A program made the position numbers and the translations under genes. A stretch of 64,000 nucleotides of DNA from an uncultured Actinomycetota bacterium (lineage in GTDB: Bacteria; Actinomycetota; Acidimicrobiia; Spongiisociales; UBA5794): contig CAWIHT010000014.1 of NCBI GenBank assembly GCA_963836085.1, positions 7,187 to 71,186 on the forward strand. The letters are read 5' to 3'. Of this stretch, positions 38,221-47,769 are shown piece by piece (the first letter of the stretch is position 1; each line of letters starts with the position of its first letter). The notes under the pieces were generated by a model, which did not search any database, was not told where the DNA came from, and was given only the letters and a program-made list of their open reading frames with translations.

Positions 38221-38916
38221 GGTGTCTGCCGAAGCCCCTTGTGCGATGCGCCGTCAATTGCGAGTCTCCCATCAGACCGCGATCAAGGAAAGGAGTCCGG
38301 TCTGCTCGGGAGCAACAGCCGTGCCACGGCCCATGCTGGTGGGGGAATCCGTGGCATCTGCGGCATTGGCTGTGAAGCAGTGACCACGCGATCTGCATGC
38401 GCTGAAGCCCTTTCACGAGTGCCCGCTTCCAGTCGGTCGCCTGACAGAGCGTTGCGTGCAGTTGGGCCCCAATCGACGTTGTCAGGACTCGCCGCAAGAA
38501 CGCATCAAAGAACGCAAACGTGCAGTACGTGGGCCAGATACGCACGGCTTCGCCACCGATGTGCGCCGCATCCCGCGCGCCACGAACGCCTTCCAATGAC
38601 GGCTCCAGCGTATCAGTGCCACGGTTCAGATTGATCCGGCGCGCTCGGAATTGAACCAACACGGGCACCGCTGGAGGGTGTCGGAACTTGCTGCGCAAAG
38701 AACGCTGCAGCAATGAGACAAACGTGGATCGCCACGCTCTCTCGACGAAGCGTATGTGTGACCGCATTGGCGGAATCGTCGTGTGAAGACCAGTGACTAC
38801 TCGACCCCGGCAGTGGGTCCGTTGTCGTCGAACCGTGTGCCGATGACCAGTCCTTTCGGCACTCACGACAACCCCACTCGACTAGGCAGGTCGTTCAGGG
38901 CATCCTTGTAGTAGGC

Positions 38917-39159
38917 ATGGAAGGCATCTACACGCAGTATCCGACGGGATTCTCTTGCGACGTCTGCGGCGGCATCGCTGTCGTCGACGTTGACGATGGG
39001 GATCACTACCTGTGTTCTGCGCACGCGATCGAACCGCTGATGGAGATCAACCTCACCGGAGACGAGCCAATCGTCACCATTGCGGATGGGCCAGCACCCG
39101 CGTCAAACGTCATCATCGATCGGCGCACCGTCCACATCGCCGGATGTGGTCATCGCTGA
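38917..39159 (+). CDS. small hypothetical Cys-containing protein (80 aa)
   Basis: High G/C at third-codon positions read by eye. 'FSCDVCGG...YLCSAH...AGCGH'. No family recognised. Confidence 0.5.
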   Translation: MEGIYTQYPTGFSCDVCGGIAVVDVDDGDHYLCSAHAIEPLMEINLTGDEPIVTIADGPAPASNVIIDRRTVHIAGCGHR

Positions 39160-39442
39160 CGCGGACGTGCGGGAGCTCCTCACAGATGTCGTATCCGGTC
39201 TGCGTGCCATCCGACGTCGCCTCGAACCGACACCACCTCTCTAGATGAGTCTGACGGCGCCTGTCGTCACGCACCACAGCGGGAATCTGGATATGCCACG
39301 CCTCACGGTCGTTCACCGACGGCCATCGTCCGACCCTGCGGCGCGCCGAGTCCGCCCGCGAAGAGCTCCATCACGGACTGCGACGCTTGACAACCTCAGG
39401 AGCTTTGGTGGGCGAATCCTCCGGGAATCCGGAGGACAACGG

Positions 39443-39473
39443 CAGAAACCCCAAGCAGTGCTTGGGGTTTCTG
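39443..39473. terminator. perfect 13-bp stem / 5-nt loop hairpin (candidate factor-independent terminator, no U-tract)
   Basis: 'CAGAAACCCCAAG cagtg CTTGGGGTTTCTG', located between convergent genes 38917..39159 (+) and 39692..39946 (-). Confidence 0.5.
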
Positions 39474-39691
39474 GACGTCGATACGCCATCATGCGATAGG
39501 CATCGCCTCACGCCGAGGCGAATCCCGCTACGCCGTACTACCGGCGGTCTTGCGGGCTACGGGCATCGCGAATCCCGCACATTGGCATTTGGGGACCGTG
39601 CAGGTGTTGCGGATATGGTGCTCCCGTTTGGGGTGACCGCATCCGCTGCAACGTTGCCGCTCGGCGCCAGCGACACGAGGCTGGGAGGCCC

Positions 39692-39946
39692 TCAGCGAGA
39701 ACGCTCTTTTGCGACGCTCACTGCAAGGTCGCGACCGTCGAGGTCGGTGCCGTTGAGCGCCGAGATCGCCGTGTCGGCGCCTTCCTGAGACTCCATCTCG
39801 ACGAAGCCGAAGCCACGTGACCGGCCGGTATCGCGGTCGTTGATGACCTGGGCCGTCTTCACGTCGCCGTGCTGAGCGAAGAGGGTCTCCAGGTCGGCCG
39901 TTGTGGTGTTGAACGTCAGGTTTCCAACGTAGAGGTTGCTGGACAT
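39692..39946 (-). CDS. RRM-type RNA-binding protein (84 aa)
   Basis: 'NLYVGNLTFNTT' (RNP2) and 'RGFGFVEM' (RNP1). An AAGGAG RBS lies ~7 nt upstream of the ATG at 39946. Confidence 0.9.
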   Translation of the reverse strand: MSSNLYVGNLTFNTTTADLETLFAQHGDVKTAQVINDRDTGRSRGFGFVEMESQEGADTAISALNGTDLDGRDLAVSVAKERSR

Positions 39947-40365
39947 GCGGGTACTCCTTGAGAAGCGTCGGACCGCCGGGGGCTGACGCCCCGCCAGAGG
40001 TGCGGTCCGAGCCAGGCGCAATGCGTCGACGAGAAGCAGCAGGTCGTGCGGTGATCCCACCGGACGGATGTGGCGGGACGGGCGCTGTACGCGTGATACG
40101 TACGCTGTCATCACCGAGGGTAGCGGCCGACGGGCGATACCCGACTGGAATCGCCATGGCATCGGCGGCTCGGGCCCCATGCAATCGATACTTCGCCGAC
40201 AGTCCAACCCCCGTAGGGGCCGAACGCGGGTAGCCTTCGCAAGCGCGGTTCACCCGCACCTCACTTCCGTTCTCGGAACCGCCGAATTGGCACCCGGTTT
40301 CCCTGCCCCGATGAGTGATCGTCACCTGCTCGCCGTCCCGGCGACCCCCGTCCCTGGAGGATGTA

Positions 40366-41550
40366 ATGGAAATCGGCCTTCGCGACACATCAATCTGCTT
40401 TGTCAGCACGTATCCGCCGACCGTGTGCGGCTTGGCTTCCTTCACAGCCTCGCTTTCCAACGCCGTCGCCGGCAACCGCGACTCCCGAGCCGGTCTCGGC
40501 GTGGTCGACCTCGTCAACGGACCCCTTCGGGCAGCGGGCCCGGATGTCGTATACGGTCATCGAGTCGGCAACGCCGCCTCACTCCGCCGGGCGTTACGCG
40601 TCTTGAACTCGTATGACACCGTTTCGATCCAGCACGAGTTCGGCATCTTCGGCGGACCCGACGGCGAAGAGGTGCTCGATCTCGTCTCGGGCCTCAACGT
40701 GCCCTCGGCCGTGACATTCCACACCGTGCTGAACGACCCGACACCACACCAGCGGGTGATCATCGATGGTCTGGCCGATATGGCCGATCGCCTCGTGGTC
40801 ATGAGCCAGACGGCTGCGGACCGACTGGTCCTGCGCTATGGCATCGACGCTGAACGCGTCGACGTGATACCCCACGGAGTCGACACACGCTTCGCTGGAC
40901 CTTCCCTGGTTTCGGGCGATCGCCCCCTCGTCCTCACGTGGGGACTCATCGGCCCCGGCAAGGGCCTGGAGACGGTCGTCGAGGCCTTCGCCGGTCTGGT
41001 GGACCTCGATCCGCGTCCGCGGTATCTGATTGCCGGTGCCACTCATCCCAATGTGCGAGCGGACTCGGGTGAGGCCTACAGAGAAGGCCTGATCTCGTTG
41101 ACCCACCGCTTCGGAGTAGAGGACCTGGTCGAGTTCGACGACCGGTATCTCGATCGAGCGACTCTTGCCCGCCTGGTACGCAGCGCCGACCTCGTCGTCC
41201 TCCCCTACTCATCGATTGAGCAGGTGACCTCCGGCGTTCTCGTGGAGGCGATCGCAGCCTCCAAACCTGTGATCGCCACCCAGTTCCCTCACGCCGTGGA
41301 GCTGCTCTCTGGCGGAGCCGGTATCACTGTTCCCCACGGCGACGCCACGGCGCTGAGTGGGGCTCTCCGAAGCCTCTTGACCGATCGACGACTGGCTTCA
41401 CATATGGCACGGCAGGCACGCCAGATTGCCGATGGGTGGTTCTGGCCGATCATCGGCGATCGGTTCGGGTCAATGATGTCGGACCTCGCGAGGGACGACC
41501 ACAACATCGAGCCGATGCCGTTGCGGGAGGTCGCTCGTGTCGCCGGATGA
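40366..41550 (+). CDS. glycosyltransferase family 4
   Basis: Internal ATG at 40366 ('MEIGLRDTSICFVSTYPPTVCGLASF'). A GT-B C-terminal half with 'ADLVVLPY...EQVTSGVLVEAIAASKPVIAT'. Confidence 0.8.
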   Translation: MEIGLRDTSICFVSTYPPTVCGLASFTASLSNAVAGNRDSRAGLGVVDLVNGPLRAAGPDVVYGHRVGNAASLRRALRVLNSYDTVSIQHEFGIFGGPDGEEVLDLVSGLNVPSAVTFHTVLNDPTPHQRVIIDGLADMADRLVVMSQTAADRLVLRYGIDAERVDVIPHGVDTRFAGPSLVSGDRPLVLTWGLIGPGKGLETVVEAFAGLVDLDPRPRYLIAGATHPNVRADSGEAYREGLISLTHRFGVEDLVEFDDRYLDRATLARLVRSADLVVLPYSSIEQVTSGVLVEAIAASKPVIATQFPHAVELLSGGAGITVPHGDATALSGALRSLLTDRRLASHMARQARQIADGWFWPIIGDRFGSMMSDLARDDHNIEPMPLREVARVAG

Positions 41551-42631
41551 ACGTGCCGAGGCGGCGCGTCGTCCGTCCTCCTCCTCTTCCGCGACCACCG
41601 AGCCGCAACTGCCGCTCCCGAGATACACGCACCTTCGGCGGCTCACCAACACCACCGGGCTCTGGGAACACGCCCGTTTCTTGAACCCGCGCACCGAGCA
41701 TGGGTTCTGCACCGACGACAACGCACGCGGTCTCCTGGTTGTGTCGCGTCCGACCTCGCCATCATCCGAACGAGCTGACCTCGGCGCGATCTATCTCCGT
41801 TTCGTGCTCGATGCTCGAACCGGCTCTGGTCAGTTCCACAACCGTCGCGGCGCCGGCGGCGCCTGGATCGACGAAGTCGGCAGCGACGACAGCCAGGGTC
41901 GAGCGTGGTGGGGACTCGGGACCGTGGCGAACTCAGGTCCGACAACACGCATGAGGCAGGCGGCCCTCGATGCATTCGCATCGAGCGGCTCGTTCGAATC
42001 ACCGCACCTGCGCTCGAATGCCTACGCGGCCCTCGGTGCAGCCCAAGTTCTGGCGATCGATCCGGGCCACTCCGCAGCCGCCGAACTCCTCGGACGAACC
42101 TCCGGGCTGATCGCCGCCGCCGCCAGCGATAGAATCCCCTGGCCGGAAGCTCGCCTCACCTACGACAACGCTCGTCTGCCCGAGGCTCTGTTGGCCGCGG
42201 GTGCGGCCCGCGGTGATCGTCACCTGATCTCGGTCGGTCTCCGCCTTCTGGAATGGCTCGTTCGAGCCGAGACCAACCACGAACACTTCAGCTTCACTCC
42301 TGCGGGCGGAGGTACGCCCGGCGCCCCGCGTCCGGCGTTCGACCAGCAACCTATCGAGGCCGCAGCAATGGCCGAGGCCTGCTACCTGGCGTGGACCATC
42401 ACCAGCAAACCGGTATGGCGAACACGAGCGCTCGCCGCCGCACAGTGGTTCGTGGGACGCAATGACAACGGAATGGTGCTCTACGACGCTGAGACGGGGG
42501 GAACCTGTGACGGTCTGACGGAACACTCGGTCAACGAGAACCGGGGAGCCGAATCGACCCTCGCCGGCATCACCGCACTCCAGATTGCCGCCCTGTGCTC
42601 GACCGAAAACCTCGGAACTGCAGCTTTCTGA
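41537..42631 (+). CDS. conserved hypothetical protein of the GT4/GH130 cluster
   Basis: The GTG start overlaps the GT4 stop by 14 nt, and its stop overlaps the next start (TGATG). 'TNTTGLWEHARFLNPRTEHGFCTDDNARGLLV'. Helical-repeat-like composition; no catalytic motif recognised. Confidence 0.65.
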   Translation: MSPDERAEAARRPSSSSSATTEPQLPLPRYTHLRRLTNTTGLWEHARFLNPRTEHGFCTDDNARGLLVVSRPTSPSSERADLGAIYLRFVLDARTGSGQFHNRRGAGGAWIDEVGSDDSQGRAWWGLGTVANSGPTTRMRQAALDAFASSGSFESPHLRSNAYAALGAAQVLAIDPGHSAAAELLGRTSGLIAAAASDRIPWPEARLTYDNARLPEALLAAGAARGDRHLISVGLRLLEWLVRAETNHEHFSFTPAGGGTPGAPRPAFDQQPIEAAAMAEACYLAWTITSKPVWRTRALAAAQWFVGRNDNGMVLYDAETGGTCDGLTEHSVNENRGAESTLAGITALQIAALCSTENLGTAAF

Positions 42632-44094
42632 TGTCCACCATCCCGGTCACTCGCCTGCCCGTGCGACTCGTACCGGACGCCGAACGTCTCGTCGCGAAGC
42701 CGTTTCTCTCGGTCGACGATGTCCCTGCCGAAGGAAAGACCCGTGTCGAGAAGCTGATCGGCCGGATCCTCGCCCTCTCCCATGACGAGGTCATGACGAC
42801 GCTCGAGGAGCTTCGCCAGAACTTCCAGGAACGGCACGCAGACCTCGACGCCGTCCTCGACCGTGGGTTCTTGCCACTGGCGCACCTGGTTCCCGACGCC
42901 GCAGATCTCCCCGACCACATGCGACGGCTCGTTGGCGCCTACTTCATGCACGAATACTCACTCGAGGGTGCCGCACTCACCAACCCGTCGATCGTCGCTC
43001 ATCCCGACCAAACGGGCGTACGCGACCGCTCACTTCGGGTCATCATCAGCCTTCGATCGATCGGCGAAGGCCACATCTCCTCGATCGAGTTTCGAACGGG
43101 TGTGCTCGGGCCGGGCGGAGACCTCGAGGTCGAGCCGCCGGGTGTGCCGATGACCGGACATCGTCAGTCCCCCACGTTCGACAAACCAATGTTCACGGCA
43201 AAGCTCACGGAGATGGGCGCGACCGATGATCTCGCGTTCCGAACACTGTCCTCCCTCAAGGACCAATTCACGATGGCGGACCTCGACGACGCACTCGCCG
43301 ACCTCGCCAGACACGAAGCTGCGTCGAACGCCGTTCAGCACGTCACACAAGTGATGCAATGGCTGGCCTCGTCCAACTACAAGGTCGCGTTCCCTCCGGA
43401 ATCCGATCTGTCTCAGCGGGTGCTCTTCCCCAGCGGACCTTCGGAAAATCGCGGGATGGAAGACGCCAGGTTGACGCGATTCGTCGAGCCCGACGGCTCG
43501 GTCGTCTACTACGCGCCGTACACGGCATACGACGGCTTCAACATCCTCCCCCAACTCATCCAGACGACCGACTTCAGGACCTTCCGGATCGCCACACTCA
43601 ACGGACCGGCGGCCGCCAACAAAGGCATCGCCATCTTCCCACGGCTCATTGCCGGACGGTACGCCGCTCTTGGCAGGACCGACGGCGAGAACAACTTCCT
43701 CATGCTGTCCGATCACATTCGTTTCTGGCACGATGCCGAACGGATCCAGGTGCCGACCCGACCGTGGGAGCTGATGCAGATCGGCAATGCGGGACCTCCT
43801 CTCGAGACCGAAGCTGGGTGGTTGGTCATCACCCATGGCGTCGACCCCATGCGGCGGTACGCGCTCGGTGCCGTCTTGCTCGACCTCGATGATCCGAGTC
43901 GGGTCATCGGGCACCTCCGTGACCCGCTCCTGGTGCCAAACGAGCAGGAGCGCGACGGATATGTACCGAACGTCGTCTACTCGTGTGGATCGATCATCCA
44001 CGACAACCATCTCGTGATTGCCTACGGTGCCTCGGACACGTCGACCAGCTTCGCCACGGTCCCGGTTGATGCGCTGTTGTCTGCGTTGAGCTAG
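42631..44094 (+). CDS. GH130-family glycosidase/phosphorylase-like protein with N-terminal extension
   Basis: 'GMEDARLTRFVEPDGSVVYYAPYTAYDG', 'NKGIAIFPRLIAGRYAAL', 'GAVLLDLDDPSRVIG...PNVVYSCG...LVIAYGASDT' match the five-bladed propeller GH130 pattern. Confidence 0.8.
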   Translation: MSTIPVTRLPVRLVPDAERLVAKPFLSVDDVPAEGKTRVEKLIGRILALSHDEVMTTLEELRQNFQERHADLDAVLDRGFLPLAHLVPDAADLPDHMRRLVGAYFMHEYSLEGAALTNPSIVAHPDQTGVRDRSLRVIISLRSIGEGHISSIEFRTGVLGPGGDLEVEPPGVPMTGHRQSPTFDKPMFTAKLTEMGATDDLAFRTLSSLKDQFTMADLDDALADLARHEAASNAVQHVTQVMQWLASSNYKVAFPPESDLSQRVLFPSGPSENRGMEDARLTRFVEPDGSVVYYAPYTAYDGFNILPQLIQTTDFRTFRIATLNGPAAANKGIAIFPRLIAGRYAALGRTDGENNFLMLSDHIRFWHDAERIQVPTRPWELMQIGNAGPPLETEAGWLVITHGVDPMRRYALGAVLLDLDDPSRVIGHLRDPLLVPNEQERDGYVPNVVYSCGSIIHDNHLVIAYGASDTSTSFATVPVDALLSALS

Positions 44095-44109
44095 GCCGAA
44101 CGGGGCCCG

Positions 44110-45120
44110 TCACTGCGTCGCGAGGATCCGGTGGTAGAGCGCGAGGTAGTCGTCCACCATCCGCCCCGCAGCGAACCGTCCCTCGATCGAAGCGCGAACA
44201 GCGAGGCGGTCCAGGTCGCCGGCGTCACGGACCGCTACGACCGCCTCGTCAACCGTCGACACCAGGTACCCGTTGATACCCGTTCGGATGATCTCCGGCA
44301 TCGAGCCCCGCTCATAGGCGACCACGGGCGTCCCACAGGCCATTGCTTCCACGACGCTGAAACCGAAGGGTTCGTCGAAGTCGATCAGATGCAGGAGCGC
44401 CCGAGCGTTGCCCAGGACCTCCTGGCGGCGGTCCGGGCCAACCGGCCCGAGGTAGATGACGCGGTCCCCATCGACATGCGGCTCGACCTCGGTTGCGAAG
44501 TACTCGCGATCTTGGACGATTCCGGCAATCACCAACGGGATTCCCGCCCGCTTGGCCACCTCGATCGCAACGGCGGTCCCCTTGTCGGGGTGGATCCGCC
44601 CGAAGAAGACCAAGGAGTCTCCGCCCCGGCCGACCTCAAAGGACCCGATGTCGATCCCGTGGTGAATCGTGGCCGCATACGGCAGTGCCGGATGCCGGTC
44701 GGCGTCGCTGATCGCCACGTAGTGGACGCGATCGGCGTATTCGAGATAGGCCGGCAGAGTGTCGTCGTTGGCGAATCCGTGGATGGTGGTGATCACCGGC
44801 GTGTCAACGAGCCGCGTGTAGGTGAGCGGGAGGAAGTCGAAACTGTTGTGAATCAGGTCGAACTCGGGGGCACGTTCGAACAGGGCAGCGATGTGCAGCG
44901 CCTCCCATGTCTTGGCGTCGAGCGTCGGGTCTTCCGAGTACCCGGTGGGTACAACGCCCACCAGCCGGGCCGCTGTGACTGAGTCAGAGGTAGCGAACAG
45001 CGTCACGTCGACACCGCGCGCAACCAACCCCTCAGTCAGGAGCGAAGCGAACTGCTCCCATGGCCCGTAGTGCCGTGGTGGGACCCGCCACGAGATGGGG
45101 GCGAGTATTGCGACGCGCAG
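44110..45120 (-). CDS. glycosyltransferase family 4 (start codon unresolved)
   Basis: The track ORF starts at TTG 45027. The same frame reads upstream '(L)RVAILAPISWRVPPRHYGPWEQFASLLTEG', the canonical GT4 N-terminus, beginning at a CTG (45118-45120) with no ATG/GTG/TTG available. The C-terminal half has 'EPFGFSVVEAMACGTPVVA'. Confidence 0.8.
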   Translation of the reverse strand: MRVAILAPISWRVPPRHYGPWEQFASLLTEGLVARGVDVTLFATSDSVTAARLVGVVPTGYSEDPTLDAKTWEALHIAALFERAPEFDLIHNSFDFLPLTYTRLVDTPVITTIHGFANDDTLPAYLEYADRVHYVAISDADRHPALPYAATIHHGIDIGSFEVGRGGDSLVFFGRIHPDKGTAVAIEVAKRAGIPLVIAGIVQDREYFATEVEPHVDGDRVIYLGPVGPDRRQEVLGNARALLHLIDFDEPFGFSVVEAMACGTPVVAYERGSMPEIIRTGINGYLVSTVDEAVVAVRDAGDLDRLAVRASIEGRFAAGRMVDDYLALYHRILATQ

Positions 45121-45167
45121 TCGATCTTGGTCAGGACCACGGAGGTCGGGCGTGTGGTGCGCGGTGT

Positions 45168-45311
45168 TCAGCGTCCAAAGACCCGGGTCTCGGACACGCT
45201 CGCCATACTCTCGGCGGCCAATCGCTTCGTCCTCATCTCGAGGCGTTCCGCTCGGAGGCTCTTGGCGCCAGCCTCTTTGATGTTCCTATCGCGCGTGTCG
45301 TTGGTCGCCAT
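45168..45311 (-). CDS. candidate small ORF (47 aa) upstream of the GT4 gene
   Basis: The ATG at 45311 lies 5 nt after GGGAGG. Translation: 'MATNDTRDRNIKEAGAKSLRAERLEMRTKRLAAESMASVSETRVFGR*'. Third positions are G/C-rich. It is below the ORF-track size cut-off. Confidence 0.4.
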   Translation of the reverse strand: MATNDTRDRNIKEAGAKSLRAERLEMRTKRLAAESMASVSETRVFGR

Positions 45312-45716
45312 CAGTGCCTCCCGGCCGGCAACCGGAAGCGATCGCCGTATGTCATTGTCTCACACACTGCGGCCCTGCCCCGGCCGCAGCGAGCCCACCG
45401 GCGCAATGGCTTGCGCTTCGCAGCAGGAGCGCCCATCCCGATTTCCCTGTCGAAAAGGGCTCGGGGTCGTGTGGCCCTGCCCGAAACGCTCCGCGCGAGC
45501 CATGGCGCCATCTGCACATCTGGGGTCGCCCCGGCTGGATGGCCAGGGGCGCTGCACTATCCGCTCCATCTCAATCTCCTCCTATGGAAAGGGCGAACGC
45601 CCCTGGACGCTCCGCGGGGTGCGGAAGCATCCTGTGGTGAGCGATCGGTCAGTAGGTGCCCGTCAACGGGTGGCGTTTGATCCTCGTGGCAAACGAAGAA
45701 TGCGACGGAGGTCTCG

Positions 45717-47141
45717 ATGAGGCTGCGGCGTACGCGAAGTGCGACTCGTCGACGCGCTGCCATTTCTACGGTCGTGCTCGCTCTCACTGCAGTCGTGGCC
45801 GTTGCTGCCTCACCCGCTTCGGCCACCGGTCAACCCGTTCCGCCGTTTGAAGACGAGACCTGGTTGATCACCATCACGCACAGCGACGAGTACTGGCTCA
45901 ACGTTCGGTACAACGTGTTCCGACCCGGATGGGTCTACGCGGACCAGGGGTATTCGGGAGCTCACGTGACCGGGCACTCTGGATGTGGCGAGGTTTCTCC
46001 GCCACTGCTCGTGAACACGGCGTACGCAGCGGAGGGTCAACACGAGATCATCGTGTACTGGGGCGGATACTGCACCCACGACGACGACAAGGGCGACGAG
46101 ACCAAATACGACGACTTCCCCGATGGGACTCCGATCGCGGTCAGCGCCACGCTCGAGCGCTACCTCCCCGGCGAGACTGCGCCGTCCGAGGCATTCTCCG
46201 CTGCTGGAACCGTCATCGTCAGCGGGGCGGAAGCACCTCCGATATCACTGGGCTCCATCGCCGTCGACCACGGCGCTCCACAGGCCGCCGCGGCCGCCAG
46301 CGACACGAGTTCGAGCACAACTACATCCGACCGCGACGCTGCAGCCGAGGAACCGGAGGGGGCGGCCACCGGTACCGACTCCGACGTGAACTCGGACCCG
46401 GCAACTGACGCCCCGACAGAAGACAAAGGCAGAGCAAGATGGATCGCAGGTCTGATCATCGCCGTCGGCCTAGCCCTCGGGGTCGCCGCCGCAGTCCTCT
46501 TGGTCAAGGATCTCCTCAGACGCCCAACACCGTTGGAGGAGGAAACGCGAGCCCGAGAAGCCGGGAAGTCGGCAGCAGCATCGACAGTGGCGGCGTCTCA
46601 ATGGTTCGCGAAACAGGCAACCCACGCGATCGAGGCTGGCAGCGTTGTGTACGTCGCCAGCCCCGGGCTCGTGGCACGGGCGCAGGCAGAAGGTGTGGAG
46701 GCGGCACAGGCCATGGCCACTCCGCTGCCACAGGGTGTCGAATTGGCACCTACCGACCCCAAGAGTCAGGACAAGGAGCGGCCGTTCGTTCGGGCCCTCG
46801 TGCGCGACGGCATCACGGTCTTCTGTGACCCGGACAACCCGGACCACGCCGTGCTGAGTACCGGCGCCCAGGTCCTTATCGATCCGGACTCCCTCATTCC
46901 CCTCCCGAGCGGCGACTTCGTACCAACACGCGAACTGACCGGCACAGAAGCCGTCGAGGGGCGCTCCGGGGACAGGGTCGTCCTCTACGATCCCGGCACG
47001 CCGGTTCAGCTACTCACCACGACCGGTGACCAGAGCCTGGTCCGGGTTGCCGACAACACCGACATCTGGGTCCCCCGGTCCAGCGTCGGTGCCGCCACGC
47101 CTCAGATCGAACCTCCGTCGACTCCGGAGTCGATCGAATAG
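45717..47141 (+). CDS. hypothetical single-pass membrane protein (extracellular N-domain, acidic linker, TM, cytoplasmic C-domain)
   Basis: Signal 'AISTVVLALTAVVAVAASPASATG', a mid-protein TM 'WIAGLIIAVGLALGVAAAVLLV', and an SH3-like tail 'GDQSLVRVADNTDIWVPRSSV'. Confidence 0.7.
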   Translation: MRLRRTRSATRRRAAISTVVLALTAVVAVAASPASATGQPVPPFEDETWLITITHSDEYWLNVRYNVFRPGWVYADQGYSGAHVTGHSGCGEVSPPLLVNTAYAAEGQHEIIVYWGGYCTHDDDKGDETKYDDFPDGTPIAVSATLERYLPGETAPSEAFSAAGTVIVSGAEAPPISLGSIAVDHGAPQAAAAASDTSSSTTTSDRDAAAEEPEGAATGTDSDVNSDPATDAPTEDKGRARWIAGLIIAVGLALGVAAAVLLVKDLLRRPTPLEEETRAREAGKSAAASTVAASQWFAKQATHAIEAGSVVYVASPGLVARAQAEGVEAAQAMATPLPQGVELAPTDPKSQDKERPFVRALVRDGITVFCDPDNPDHAVLSTGAQVLIDPDSLIPLPSGDFVPTRELTGTEAVEGRSGDRVVLYDPGTPVQLLTTTGDQSLVRVADNTDIWVPRSSVGAATPQIEPPSTPESIE

Positions 47142-47165
47142 CCGCCCGAGCCGGTCATCGCGCCT

Positions 47166-47513
47166 CTAGAAGCCGAGGTGCAAGCGGAGCGCTTCGTCGA
47201 CTTCGAGCATCAGCCCGGCGGGAACAGCACCGATGCGTTCGGCGACTCGGTCGACGGAGACGGAACGAACTTGCTCTGCCTGAGCCTTCGAGTCGATGGC
47301 CAGTCCGGAGTCGGCAGCCGGCACCAGCACCTGGAACGGGTACACACGCTCCACGGACGACGTCACCGGCACCACGGTCACGACGCCGTGACCCAACCTG
47401 GCTGCCGTCGTGTTCGCGCCGTCATTCGACACGACCACGGCCGGGCGTCGCTTCCCAGCCTCACCCGCCCGCGCAGGCTCGAGGTCGACGATCCTGATCT
47501 CACCGCGTAGCAT
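47166..47513 (-). CDS. mazF: type II toxin, MazF/PemK-family endoribonuclease
   Basis: 'MLRGEIRIVDLEPARAGEAGKRRPAVVVSND...VVTVVPVTSS...PFQVLV...AQAEQVRSVSVDRV'. The internal Met at 47513 shares one base with the antitoxin stop (TGATG). Confidence 0.9.
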   Translation of the reverse strand: MLRGEIRIVDLEPARAGEAGKRRPAVVVSNDGANTTAARLGHGVVTVVPVTSSVERVYPFQVLVPAADSGLAIDSKAQAEQVRSVSVDRVAERIGAVPAGLMLEVDEALRLHLGF

Positions 47514-47737
47514 CAGTCGTTCACCAACCCGTCGCCGGCGACCGCGTCCCACGCTTCGGCTTCGCCCGAGGCCGACCATTCGCTCCATGCCTCGGCATAG
47601 GACTCACCGAGACCCGCCGATCGCAGCATGCGCACGGCGGCATGCACCACGGCCGAACGGGATCGGTACCCCTGCGTGCGGGCGTACTCATCGAGGAACT
47701 CGACATCTTCGGACGGGAGACTGACACTCAACTTCAT
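47513..47737 (-). CDS. type II antitoxin, ribbon-helix-helix (CopG/MazE-like)
   Basis: 'MKLSVSLPSEDVEFLDEYARTQGYRSRSAVVHAAVRML' is an RHH fold signature. It lies immediately upstream of the mazF-like gene. Confidence 0.85.
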   Translation of the reverse strand: MKLSVSLPSEDVEFLDEYARTQGYRSRSAVVHAAVRMLRSAGLGESYAEAWSEWSASGEAEAWDAVAGDGLVND

Positions 47738-47769
47738 ACCTCCATGCTACCACTGGTCATACCCACTTG

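Noticed and set aside
37823-38866. 347-aa minus-strand ORF upstream of and overlapping the CPBP gene. Its 38300-38770 part ('FVERAWRSTFVSLLQRS...RIWPTYCTFAFFDAFLRRVL...') looks moderately protein-like.
   Set aside because: No family or motif was recognised. The ORF only ends 400 nt inside the CPBP gene in another frame, so as sequenced it cannot be a clean gene. It may be another indel-affected small gene, but it is unsupported.
39528-39690. Cys-rich peptide '...CSGCGHPKREHHIRNTCTVPKCQCAGFAMP...' encoded just downstream of the RRM gene on the minus strand.
   Set aside because: There is no ATG/GTG/TTG start in that frame after the RRM stop and no RBS. It is only the tail of a long spurious ORF (39528..40517). 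It could be a real zinc-ribbon micro-protein only if a non-canonical start is used.
45312-45716. ~400-nt gap between the small ORF/GT4 unit and gene 45717..47141, inspected for a riboswitch or ncRNA.
   Set aside because: I saw no conserved riboswitch core sequences, strong hairpins or repeats by eye. The ORFs there (45060..45680, 45070..45720) have non-protein-like composition. I cannot exclude an ncRNA without covariance-model searches.
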